Part shown: positions 51,360-59,940 of the stretch, one piece after another
Numbering within the stretch: position 1 is the first letter of the stretch
Layout of the letters: every line of letters begins with the position of its first letter
Assembly (NCBI GenBank): GCA_049516875.1
Contig: JBEKSS010000006.1
Span: 32,001-96,000 of the forward strand
Direction of reading: 5' to 3'
Length of the DNA: 64,000 nt
Source: Candidatus Bathyarchaeia archaeon
Lineage (GTDB): Archaea > Thermoproteota > Bathyarchaeia > Bathyarchaeales > Bathycorpusculaceae
The notes under the pieces: model-generated
What the model was told of the DNA's origin: nothing
The model's database searches: none
What the model saw: only the letters and a program-made list of their open reading frames with translations
Program-made: the position numbers and the translations under genes

Positions 51360-52325
51360 ATGATGTCAAAATTGGCTAAAGAGAAGCTTGCTGAGATGTA
51401 CGAGAAAATGCTTGAAATTCGGTGTTTTGAAGAGAAGGTTTTCGAGCTTTACGGTCAAAATCTTGTTCCAGGCACCATACACCTCTACGCTGGAGAAGAA
51501 GCCGTGGCGGTTGGGGTTTGCAGCTGCCTGCGTAAGGACGATTACATCACAAGCACACACAGAGGCCATGGACATTGCATAGCGAAAGGCGCCGAACTGA
51601 AACGTACGATGGCGGAAATTCTTGGGAAGAAAACCGGTTATTGCAAGGGCAAAGGCGGCTCGATGCACATCGCCGATTTCAACATAGGTATGCTCGGCGC
51701 AACTGCAGTCGTGGGCGCTGGATTGCCAATAGCTGTGGGCGCTGGTCTGTCGGCCAAGCTCAGAAAGACGGATCAGGTCGTGGCATGCTTCTTCGGCGAA
51801 GGAGCTTCCAACCAAGGAACCTTTCACGAAAGCATAAACATGGCTTCAACATGGTCCCTGCCCGTGATTTTTGTCTGCGAGAACAACCTTTACGCCATGG
51901 GAACGTGTCAGTCAAGAGTAATGAAAATCCAAAACATAGCCGACCGCGCCGTGGCCTACGGAATCTCAGGCGTGACGGCGGATGGAAATGACGTTTTGGC
52001 GGTTTTCGAAGCCTCGCAAAAGGCTGTTGACCGAGCTAGAAGCGGCGCTGGGCCGACGCTTATCGAATGTAAAACTTACCGCCACAAAGGCCACTCGCGG
52101 GTTGATCCCGCCAAGTACAGGCCGAGGGAAGAAGTTGAGCAATGGTTAGCCAAAGATCCCATCAAACGCTTCAGAGAAACACTACTGCAAAATAACACTT
52201 TTTCACAAGCCGAAATCAAGAAGATTGAAGAAAACGTTGCCGCTGAGATCGAAGAAGCCGTAAAGTTCGCGGTCGAAAGCCCCTATCCTGCCCCGGAAGA
52301 AGCCTTAGAAGACGTTTACGCCTAG
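51360..52325 (+). CDS. Pyruvate/acetoin dehydrogenase E1 alpha
   Basis: STHRGHGH, GKGGSMH, GEG...ENN ThDP motif, YRHKGHS. Confidence 0.94.
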   Translation: MMSKLAKEKLAEMYEKMLEIRCFEEKVFELYGQNLVPGTIHLYAGEEAVAVGVCSCLRKDDYITSTHRGHGHCIAKGAELKRTMAEILGKKTGYCKGKGGSMHIADFNIGMLGATAVVGAGLPIAVGAGLSAKLRKTDQVVACFFGEGASNQGTFHESINMASTWSLPVIFVCENNLYAMGTCQSRVMKIQNIADRAVAYGISGVTADGNDVLAVFEASQKAVDRARSGAGPTLIECKTYRHKGHSRVDPAKYRPREEVEQWLAKDPIKRFRETLLQNNTFSQAEIKKIEENVAAEIEEAVKFAVESPYPAPEEALEDVYA

Positions 52326-52339
52326 GAAAGGGACATATC

Positions 52340-53314
52340 ATGAAGAGAACAACCTATCGAGAGGCACTGCGTGAAGCGTTGAGAGAGGAGATGCGCCGGG
52401 ATTCTTCAGTATTCCTCTTGGGCGAAGACATCGGCAGACAATGGGGTGGAGCCTTCAAGGTTACAGATGGTTTGGCTCAGGAGTTTGGAGACGAAAGAGT
52501 CAGAGACACCCCGATATCAGAATCAGCGATAGTGGGCGCGGGCGTGGGTGCTGCGATAACGGGCATGCGTCCCGTCGCCGAAATAATGTTCGGAGACCTA
52601 ACTGCACTGGCCATGGATCAGATAGCGAACCAAGCAGCAAAAATCAGGTACATGTTCGGCGGCCAAGCATCATGTCCATTGGTAATCAGAACGCCGTTTG
52701 GCGCGGGCGTCAACATCGCCTCCCACCATTCACAGAGCCTAGAAGCATGGTTCATGCACGTTCCCGGCCTCCAAGTCGCTGTACCATCAACCCCGTACGA
52801 TGCTAAGGGGCTCCTGAAAACAGCCATACGCGGAAACAACCCCGTCTTCTTCTGCGAACACAAACTGCTCTATCCAGTCGAAGGTGACGTTCCACAGGAG
52901 GAGTACACGATTCCATTCGGAGTAGCCGACGTCAAGAGGAAAGGATCGGACGTTACCGTCGTCGCCACCCTATACATGGTTCATAAAGCGCTAAACGCTG
53001 CTGCAACGCTTGAGGAGGAAGGGGTAAACGCTGAAGTCATCGACCCGAGAACACTAACCCCGCTGGACAAGAAGACTATAATTGATTCGGTGAAAAAGAC
53101 TGGGAGGCTGGTTATCGTGAGTGAAGACTGCAAGACCGCAGGTGTAAGCGCTGAAATCGCTTCAGTGGTCGCTGAAGAAGCCATAGACTATCTGGATGCC
53201 CCGATAAAGAGAGTAACATGCGCGGACACGCCTATACCGTTCAGTCCACCCTTGGAACAGTACGTGATTCCGAACGAAAAAGCCATAATCAAGGCAGTCA
53301 AGGAAGTTGTCTGA
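52340..53314 (+). CDS. Pyruvate/acetoin dehydrogenase E1 beta
   Basis: GEDIG, DTPISE, HSQSLE, FCEHK. Confidence 0.94.
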   Translation: MKRTTYREALREALREEMRRDSSVFLLGEDIGRQWGGAFKVTDGLAQEFGDERVRDTPISESAIVGAGVGAAITGMRPVAEIMFGDLTALAMDQIANQAAKIRYMFGGQASCPLVIRTPFGAGVNIASHHSQSLEAWFMHVPGLQVAVPSTPYDAKGLLKTAIRGNNPVFFCEHKLLYPVEGDVPQEEYTIPFGVADVKRKGSDVTVVATLYMVHKALNAAATLEEEGVNAEVIDPRTLTPLDKKTIIDSVKKTGRLVIVSEDCKTAGVSAEIASVVAEEAIDYLDAPIKRVTCADTPIPFSPPLEQYVIPNEKAIIKAVKEVV

Positions 53315-53315
53315 A

Positions 53316-54422
53316 ATGGTGACTAAGATCGTGATGCCTAGGCTCAGCTTAACGATGAAAGAGGGCACGGTCGGCAAATGGTACAAGAAAGAGGGCGAAA
53401 GCGTTGAAAAGGGCGAACCGATCGTTGAAGTGGTGTCAGAAAAGGCCACGTACGATCTCGAAGCGCCATCCTCGGGTATCCTGAGGAAAGTCCTTGTGCA
53501 AGAGGGCGTTGATGTCCCTGTCAACGCAGTCATAGGCGTCATAACCGCGCCCGACGAGCCCTTCTCAGAAGCTGCAGCAATAACAGAAACACAAGAAACA
53601 GTTGAGGCTGAAAGTGAGAAGCGATTTCCAGCCTCACCCGCCGCCAAACGCTTGGCAAGAGAATACGGCATAGACCTGTCAACCGTCAAGGGCAGCGGGC
53701 CTGAAGGACGAATAGCGGAAGAGGATGTCCAACGCCTCATCGAAGAGAGGGCCGGGACCGGCCCAAAGGTCAGGCAGACAATCCCGCTGAGCGGCTACAA
53801 GAAGACGACGGCTGAACGGCTCTCCATAAGCTTCAGAACAGCCCCGCACAGCACGATAATCATGGAAACCGACGTTTCCAAAGCAGCCGAACTGCACCAC
53901 AAAACCCAAGTCTCCTACACGACCATCATCGTGAAAGCCGCCGCCAAAGCCCTAAGCGAAATACCCCTGCTAAACTCGACGCTTGAAGGCGACCGAATAA
54001 AAATGTTCGAAGACGTGAACGTCGGCGTGGCCGTCGCCACAGAAAATGGCCTAATTGTGCCCGTCATACACAACGCCGACAAAAAAACGCTCAAAGAAAT
54101 AGACGCCGCCATCAAAGAGCTAACCGAAAAAGCTCGACAGGCAAAACTCACAAAAGAAGACCTAACAGGAGGAACCTTCACCATCACCAACCTAGGCATG
54201 TACGACGTCGACTTCTTCACCCCCATAATCAATCCCCCCGAAGCCGCCATCCTCGGCATCGGAAAAATCACCGAAAAACCAGTTGCCTCCAACTCAAGAA
54301 TCGAAATCAAACCCGTGGTGATGCTAAGCCTGTCATACGACCACAGAATCGTAGACGGCGCACCCGCAGCCCAATTCCTTCAACGCGTTAAAGAAAGAAT
54401 CGAAAGTATAACGGAACAATAA
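53316..54422 (+). CDS. Dihydrolipoamide acyltransferase E2
   Basis: Lipoyl domain (SEKA), peripheral subunit-binding domain (ASPAAKRLA...GSGPEGRI), DHRIVDG. Confidence 0.94.
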   Translation: MVTKIVMPRLSLTMKEGTVGKWYKKEGESVEKGEPIVEVVSEKATYDLEAPSSGILRKVLVQEGVDVPVNAVIGVITAPDEPFSEAAAITETQETVEAESEKRFPASPAAKRLAREYGIDLSTVKGSGPEGRIAEEDVQRLIEERAGTGPKVRQTIPLSGYKKTTAERLSISFRTAPHSTIIMETDVSKAAELHHKTQVSYTTIIVKAAAKALSEIPLLNSTLEGDRIKMFEDVNVGVAVATENGLIVPVIHNADKKTLKEIDAAIKELTEKARQAKLTKEDLTGGTFTITNLGMYDVDFFTPIINPPEAAILGIGKITEKPVASNSRIEIKPVVMLSLSYDHRIVDGAPAAQFLQRVKERIESITEQ

Positions 54423-54451
54423 AACTGAAAATGGAGAGTTGATCGTCGCGT

Positions 54452-54674
54452 ATGGTTGTCAGGGATATGAAGGATGAAGATATTCCCTTGATCAAGAAGT
54501 TCAATGTGGAAACTCGTTGGAGAGATGTTCCAAGAAGTCAAAAAGGCGAGCTTGATAGGCATGAATTTGGCGCGCGTGGATCACGTAGACATCGCCCTGA
54601 TCAAACCCGGAAAGATAGTCGAAGAACGGGTCGAGTTTGACATGATGAACATTCTCCAAATCCAGCGCTCGTAA
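54452..54674 (+). pseudogene. Chimeric remnant: GNAT-like N-terminus joined out of frame to a SnoaL/ester-cyclase-like C-terminus
   Basis: MVVRDMKDEDIPLIKKFN... then, after GGCGCGCG (54569-54576), VDHVDIALIKPGKIVEERVEFDMMNILQIQ*. Confidence 0.5.
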
Positions 54675-54785
54675 CAACCAACAATGACTGCAACCTTTGC
54701 GCACGCGCACTCTCCTTTTATCGAATGTTTCAAATTGTGAGGTCAAACACGATAACGTTCCCCAACACACTGCAGGACCTGACCA

Positions 54786-54848
54786 GTTTTGAGTCTCAAG
54801 AAAATCACGGATTGAGTACTCAAACACAAGGGCTCACAAGCCAACATG
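54786..54848 (-). repeat. Palindromic repeat family, inverted copy
   Basis: Reverse complement matches 58041-58103 at 59/63 nt. Confidence 0.92.
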
Positions 54849-54895
54849 CTCTACGCTGAAGCCATGGTCATGCAGGTTTTAACACGCGCGATTCG

Positions 54896-55549
54896 CTAGC
54901 CGAGATCTACGAAGTTGTCAGGCGGCAAGCCGCCCGGAATCTCCCTCTGAATCATCAAAGCCGCCCCCGTGCCGGTCCGTATCTCTATCTTCACCTTCGA
55001 GTAAGGCAAGAGCCCGTAAGAGTCTCCCAGCTTTATGACGAGGTAGGCCTTGGCGTTTTCTTTGAGAGCCGTGTCCGTGCTGAACTGACTGTTGTAGATA
55101 AAGCACGTCGCATTGGGTTCACCGGTCACGCTTGCCATGAGGTTAGCGATGGACGCATCGCCCGTCGTGCGCACGCCACCGTAGATGTTAGCGAGCGAAA
55201 AGTTCCCGCACTGCACGGCAACGACCACGGTGCTGTTGGACAAGTCCACCTGCTCCTGACCCACAGCCAGCTTCAACGGGATTGCGAGATACGTTACGCC
55301 CACGGTGGAAGAGTTTGTCTTGCCCGTGACGAAACCGTCAATCTCCAAAGCGGCTGTAGCCTCCTGGATGCCCTTACCTATAGTCGATTTAGCCGTTTGA
55401 GCCGCGAAGAAACCCATGTTAATCACGACATAAGCCATGGACGCAGCGATGACCACAAACGCGATGAGCACAATCGCAGCCTCTATACCCACGATACCGC
55501 GACTCCGCTTTCGAAGCTTCCTCAACAAACTGTTCATCTTGGCCTTCAC
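54896..55549 (-). CDS. arlB: Archaellin
   Basis: Class III signal KRSRG|IVGIEAAIVLIAFVVIAA..AYVVINMGFF..Q.AKSTI.KG. Confidence 0.88.
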   Translation of the reverse strand: MKAKMNSLLRKLRKRSRGIVGIEAAIVLIAFVVIAASMAYVVINMGFFAAQTAKSTIGKGIQEATAALEIDGFVTGKTNSSTVGVTYLAIPLKLAVGQEQVDLSNSTVVVAVQCGNFSLANIYGGVRTTGDASIANLMASVTGEPNATCFIYNSQFSTDTALKENAKAYLVIKLGDSYGLLPYSKVKIEIRTGTGAALMIQREIPGGLPPDNFVDLG

Positions 55550-55744
55550 CCTTATCCGCGCTCAATATTCAGAATGTTGAGATATAATCTATTGTGCGTC
55601 ACAAAAAATGCAGACTCGACAGACGGACAAGGAAAAACGGTGACGTTTGCTTTTCACGTTGAAGTAGACGGTTAGGCCTCATCCCGATGGGTTCAATGTG
55701 ACGCGCGGCGGCTTGCAGCGTGAACGGCGACGTGCACCAGCGTC

Positions 55745-56860
55745 TTATCTGTTGATTTCCTCCTCGTACATTATTGAAACAAGTTCAGCGATTGCTGGAG
55801 CAGCAGTCAAGCCTGGGGACTCTATGCCTATCAGGTTTATGAGTCCGAACAAGTCTTTGTCGGCTTCGTGTCTTATCACGAAATCTCTGAACCCTTCTCC
55901 AGGACCTTGAAGTTTCGGTCTCACCCCGGCCGAGTCCACTTGAACCTGATGTTCAATGATGGAGGGCAAGAACCTTCTCACGTCTTCACGAAACTCCTTC
56001 TCAGCTGATTCAACTTCATAGTTGATGTCGTTAACGTAGTAAGCGTTCGGTCCCAGCCTCACCGAGCCGGACATATCCGGAGTCAGATGGATCCCGAGCC
56101 CCGGTCCCTTTGGGACGGGGTACACGAGCATCTTTACAGGGGGTTTTCCGCTCAGCCTGAAATAGTCTCCTTTGCAGTAGTGCAGTCGGTAGCCGAGCTG
56201 GTCGATGTCCAATCCTAGCATGGAGGCTACCTTGTCTGAGTGTAGGCCTGCACAGTTTATGACGGTGTCTGCTCTGACGGTGAACCTTTCGTTGATGCTG
56301 GTTCCGTCTACTTCATAGCCCTCGCCGATTTTTTTTGTGGTCGTGACCTCGGTTTTTGGGACGAACAGGGCGTTGTTCTTCTGTGCCTTCGCGTAGAAAT
56401 GATTCATCAGCTCGTCGGGTTCCACGATGCCTGTTGAGGGTGAATAGAGCGCCTTTTCAACTTCAACGCCGGGTTCCAGTCTTTTGACTTCTTCCCTTTC
56501 AAGCATCTTCAGGTCTTCCACGCCGTTTGCTTCTCCCTGTCGCATCAGCTTTTCAAGCTCGTCCGTTTCCTCGGGTTCGATGGCCACTGTCAGTTTGCCC
56601 AGTTTCTTGTGGGGAACAGCGTATTTTTCGCAGATGTCATACGTCATCCGGTTGCCCTTCACGCACAGCTCGGCTTTAAGAGAATCGGGCGGGTAGTGGA
56701 TGCCCGAGTGGATTACTCCGCTGTTGTGGCTACTGGTCTCTTGTCCGAACCTCGCGTTTTTCTCGAGAACGTACACGTCTTGGTTTTTTTCGGAGACTTT
56801 TGCGGCCACGGCCAGGCCTACGACGCCGGCTCCGATGATGATGATTTTGGCCTTTTCCAT
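55745..56860 (-). CDS. FAD-dependent oxidoreductase, LhgO (L-2-hydroxyglutarate oxidase)-like
   Basis: GAGVVG, ETSSHNSGVIHSG, LVYPVP, GIESPGLT. Confidence 0.9.
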   Translation of the reverse strand: MEKAKIIIIGAGVVGLAVAAKVSEKNQDVYVLEKNARFGQETSSHNSGVIHSGIHYPPDSLKAELCVKGNRMTYDICEKYAVPHKKLGKLTVAIEPEETDELEKLMRQGEANGVEDLKMLEREEVKRLEPGVEVEKALYSPSTGIVEPDELMNHFYAKAQKNNALFVPKTEVTTTKKIGEGYEVDGTSINERFTVRADTVINCAGLHSDKVASMLGLDIDQLGYRLHYCKGDYFRLSGKPPVKMLVYPVPKGPGLGIHLTPDMSGSVRLGPNAYYVNDINYEVESAEKEFREDVRRFLPSIIEHQVQVDSAGVRPKLQGPGEGFRDFVIRHEADKDLFGLINLIGIESPGLTAAPAIAELVSIMYEEEINR

Positions 56861-56957
56861 TCGTGACTATCAAAAAGTGTTCGTTAATAAGTCTTTAGTC
56901 GGCTGGGCCGGTGCGGGTCGCGACGTTTTTTGGAGGGGTCTCGTGTTACAGGCGGGT

Positions 56958-57980
56958 TCAGTTTGTGATGATGATTTTTAGGCTCTCTTTTGATTCCTGG
57001 GCTGTCTTGAAGGCTTGGGATGTTTGCGTGAGCTTGTAACGGTGGGTTATGAGCTTTTTGACGTTTAACCTGTTTGTCTCCAGGAGCTGCAGTGCTGTTC
57101 TTGTTTCCAGGTGTGAGGCTGAGTATGAGGGGATTATCTGAAGTTCGGAGAAGAACAGTTCCTTCGGGCTTATCTGCAGGTGTTTTTCAGGGTCGGTGGG
57201 TGCGAAGACGCAAAGTTTGCCGCCTTTTCGAAGGATGTTGATGCCCGCCTCGTAGGCTTCCAAGCTGGGCGCGGTGACGAATGCCACGTCTACGCCTATT
57301 CCTTCGGTTTCCGTCTTGACGGTTGTGGTTAGGTCTTTGTTTTTCGGGTTGACTGTGACGTCGGCTCCGAACTGTTCGGCCAGTTTGAGTCGAGAGTCGA
57401 TGAGGTCGCTCACGATTGTTTTTGTGGCTCCGTAGATTTTTGACAGTGCCGTGTGAATGAGGCCTGTTGCTCCGGCGCCGATTACTGCTACGGTGTCGCC
57501 GGTTTGTACGTTGCACTTTTTTATGGCTCTTATGCAGCAGGCGACGGGTTCGATGAGGGTTGCCTCTTCATAGGACAGCTGCTCCGGGATTTTTAGGGTG
57601 TCCGTTTGGACGTTGGTGGCTGGGACTTTGAAGTACTGGGCGAAGCCGCCGGGTTTGATGTTTGTTTTGTGGAACTGTTTGCAGAGGGTGTAGTCGCCGT
57701 GGAGGCAGTAGTGGCATGTTAAGCAGGCGGCGTGGTGGTGGACGAAGACTCGGTCGCCGACGCTGAACTTTTTGATTTTGCTTCCTTTTTTGGCCACGGT
57801 TCCGGCTGGTTCGTGTCCTAGGACGAGGGGGGCTCGGGGTTTGAGGTACCAGTCCATGAGGTCTGAGCCGCATATTCCGCAGGCTTTCATTTGGACGAGG
57901 ATTTCATCGTCGTTTATTCTTGGCGTGGGCATCTCTTCTATTCGTATGTCCTGTTGCCCGTGGTACATTGCGGCTTTCAT
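56958..57980 (-). CDS. Zn-dependent MDR alcohol/polyol dehydrogenase
   Basis: CGICGSD, GHE, CxxCxxCx7C, GAGATG. Confidence 0.93.
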   Translation of the reverse strand: MKAAMYHGQQDIRIEEMPTPRINDDEILVQMKACGICGSDLMDWYLKPRAPLVLGHEPAGTVAKKGSKIKKFSVGDRVFVHHHAACLTCHYCLHGDYTLCKQFHKTNIKPGGFAQYFKVPATNVQTDTLKIPEQLSYEEATLIEPVACCIRAIKKCNVQTGDTVAVIGAGATGLIHTALSKIYGATKTIVSDLIDSRLKLAEQFGADVTVNPKNKDLTTTVKTETEGIGVDVAFVTAPSLEAYEAGINILRKGGKLCVFAPTDPEKHLQISPKELFFSELQIIPSYSASHLETRTALQLLETNRLNVKKLITHRYKLTQTSQAFKTAQESKESLKIIITN

Positions 57981-58040
57981 GGGGGTTCAATGGTTTCTTT
58001 GTGGCTTCGCACTTAAGACTTTCCCGAGAGGCTGCATGGT

Positions 58041-58254
58041 CATGTTGGCTTGTGAGCCCTTGTGTTTGAGTACTCAATCCGTGATTTCTTTGAGTGTCAA
58101 AACGTTGTTGAAGCATGTTGTTTCCGTGCTTTTTTTACTCAATTCCGCGAGGTTTTTGAGTGTCAAAAGTTTCGGCACGCCGAGTTTCTCATGTAGGAGC
58201 TGGCGTCCTCATGTTTGAGTACTCGATGCGCGATTTCTTTGAGACTCAAAACTG
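58041..58254 (+). repeat. Three clustered copies of the palindromic repeat (58064-58103, 58137-58168, 58213-58252)
   Basis: Core TTTGAGTACTCAA-N12-TTGAG(TG/AC)TCAAAA; middle copy lacks part of the left arm. Confidence 0.9.
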
Positions 58255-58609
58255 TTGCATGGGCATGCTGTGGTGAGGGTGCTTGGCCGTTTCCTATGCC
58301 GTTATTCTTGTGCCGTTGTAAGTGTGCGTTGGGTTCTGGGTCGGGCGTTCGCGTCTCTTTGTTTTTCCCTCATGTGTTTTCTGTGTGCATCAAGGAAGAG
58401 TCTGTTCGAGCGCTCTTTTGGGCGGAAGGTTAGCCAGTCGTCGTGCAACGCTGGAGGGCTGGCTCATTTTCGTGTGGTTGTGCAGTTCTGAAGGCGGGCT
58501 TTTTGCGTGTGTGTTTCCTTTGATTCTGGTTTTTGACAGGGGAATGGAGCGGGTGTGGGAGGGAAATCTCCATATACGTGCGTTTACAGTTTCAACTGCG
58601 TGGGTAAGG

Positions 58610-59638
58610 ATGAAGGCTGCGTTGCTTTATGGCGTGAGGGACTTGAGGGTTGAGGATGTCGATGTGCCTGGGGTTGAGGTCGGAGAGGTTCTTGTCAAGG
58701 TCAAGGGAGCTACAACATGCGGGACGGATCTGAAAATCTTTCAGAGGGGCTATGTTGAGAAGATTATAAGGCTTCCAACGATTTTTGGGCACGAGTGGGC
58801 TGGGGAGGTGGTTGAAGTCGGCGAAGGGTTGGAGTGGCCGCGGAAGGGCATGCGCGTCCGCGCGGGCAACAGCGCGCCGTGCTTGCATTGTGCGATGTGT
58901 CAGAAGGGCAAGTACAATCTCTGTGAAAACATGATTTGGCTTTGGGGAGCGTACGCCGAGTACGTCAAGGTGTCGGCTCGTATGGTGTTGGTGAACATGC
59001 AGGAGATTCCGGAGCACGTTTCCTACTTGGAGGCTGCGGTTACAGAGCCGTTGGCGTGCGTTCTGCACGGTGTCGAAAAGGCTGGGGTGAAGCTTGGCGA
59101 CACGGTGGCCATCATAGGGGCGGGGCCAATAGGGCTGCTGCACCTGTTAACCGTCAGAAGAATGGGCGCCGAAAAAACGATAATGATTGACCTTGTGGAT
59201 GAGAGGCTGGACGTTGCGGCGAAACTCGGCGCTGATGAGACGATTAACGGTGGAAAGGAGGACGTTGTTGAAAGAGTTCGACAATTAACTGCTGGGTACG
59301 GTGCAGACGTGGTGATAGAGGCTATAGGTTTGCCCGCCACTTGGGAACAGGCCCTGAAGCTTGCGAGGAAAGGCGGTGTTGTCCTAGAGTTCGGCGGGTG
59401 TCCTCCGGGAACCGAAGTCAAAGTCAACGCGGAACAGATTCACTATGGCGAGTTGACAGTGCTGGGCACCTTTCACACAACCCCCTTGCACTTCAGAAAG
59501 GCCCTTAACTTCATAGCCTCCCGAACCGTAGACGTGAGGCCCCTCATAACGCGCGAAATGAGGCTGGAAGACATTCACAAAGCGTTCGAGGTGCTCTCAA
59601 CTTCCAAGAACGAAATAAAGATAGGAATAATCCCTTAA
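58610..59638 (+). CDS. Zn-dependent MDR alcohol/polyol dehydrogenase
   Basis: Start refined to MKAALLYG; TCGTD, GHE, CxxCxxCx7C, GAGPIG. Confidence 0.93.
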   Translation: MKAALLYGVRDLRVEDVDVPGVEVGEVLVKVKGATTCGTDLKIFQRGYVEKIIRLPTIFGHEWAGEVVEVGEGLEWPRKGMRVRAGNSAPCLHCAMCQKGKYNLCENMIWLWGAYAEYVKVSARMVLVNMQEIPEHVSYLEAAVTEPLACVLHGVEKAGVKLGDTVAIIGAGPIGLLHLLTVRRMGAEKTIMIDLVDERLDVAAKLGADETINGGKEDVVERVRQLTAGYGADVVIEAIGLPATWEQALKLARKGGVVLEFGGCPPGTEVKVNAEQIHYGELTVLGTFHTTPLHFRKALNFIASRTVDVRPLITREMRLEDIHKAFEVLSTSKNEIKIGIIP

Positions 59639-59640
59639 TC
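59619..59640 (+). repeat. 22-bp direct repeat, copy 1 (3' end of the dehydrogenase gene)
   Basis: AGATAGGAATAATCCCTTAATC, identical to 63486-63507. Confidence 0.92.
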
Positions 59641-59680
59641 CTCAGCATATTACCTTACTTCTTTTCCTCAGGAATACAAG

Positions 59681-59729
59681 ACCAACACGAATAACCCCAC
59701 TTTTTGTTCACCTGTCACTTGTCTATTCT
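59681..59729 (+). repeat. Orphan copy of the surface-protein stop region and terminator
   Basis: 45/49 match to 63338-63385. Confidence 0.9.
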
Positions 59730-59940
59730 ATTTTGACTGAGGAAAAACCGATTGATTGGTAGGCACCGAGTGCGAACTCGGTCGTTTAATTTGATTCAAT
59801 ATTCCTGGGCATGTAATGTAGGCTGGTTCAGCAGAACTGTTGATATGAAGAACAATTGTCGACGTGGATGATGATGGAAGATTCTTTCACAAACTTTTTA
59901 TCGGAACAAGTTGAATTAGATCCTAGCGAAAGGAGTTGAA

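Noticed and set aside
58041-58254. CRISPR mini-array
   Set aside because: Only three degenerate units, flanks are also homologous to the distant copy, and no cas genes are present
58322-58609. 96-aa N-terminal extension of the MDR dehydrogenase
   Set aside because: Low-complexity G/T-rich open frame; family homology begins at ATG 58610
53700-59100. Replication origin suggested by a shift from A/C-rich to G/T-rich plus strand
   Set aside because: No orc1/cdc6 gene or ORB consensus; much of the skew follows gene orientation
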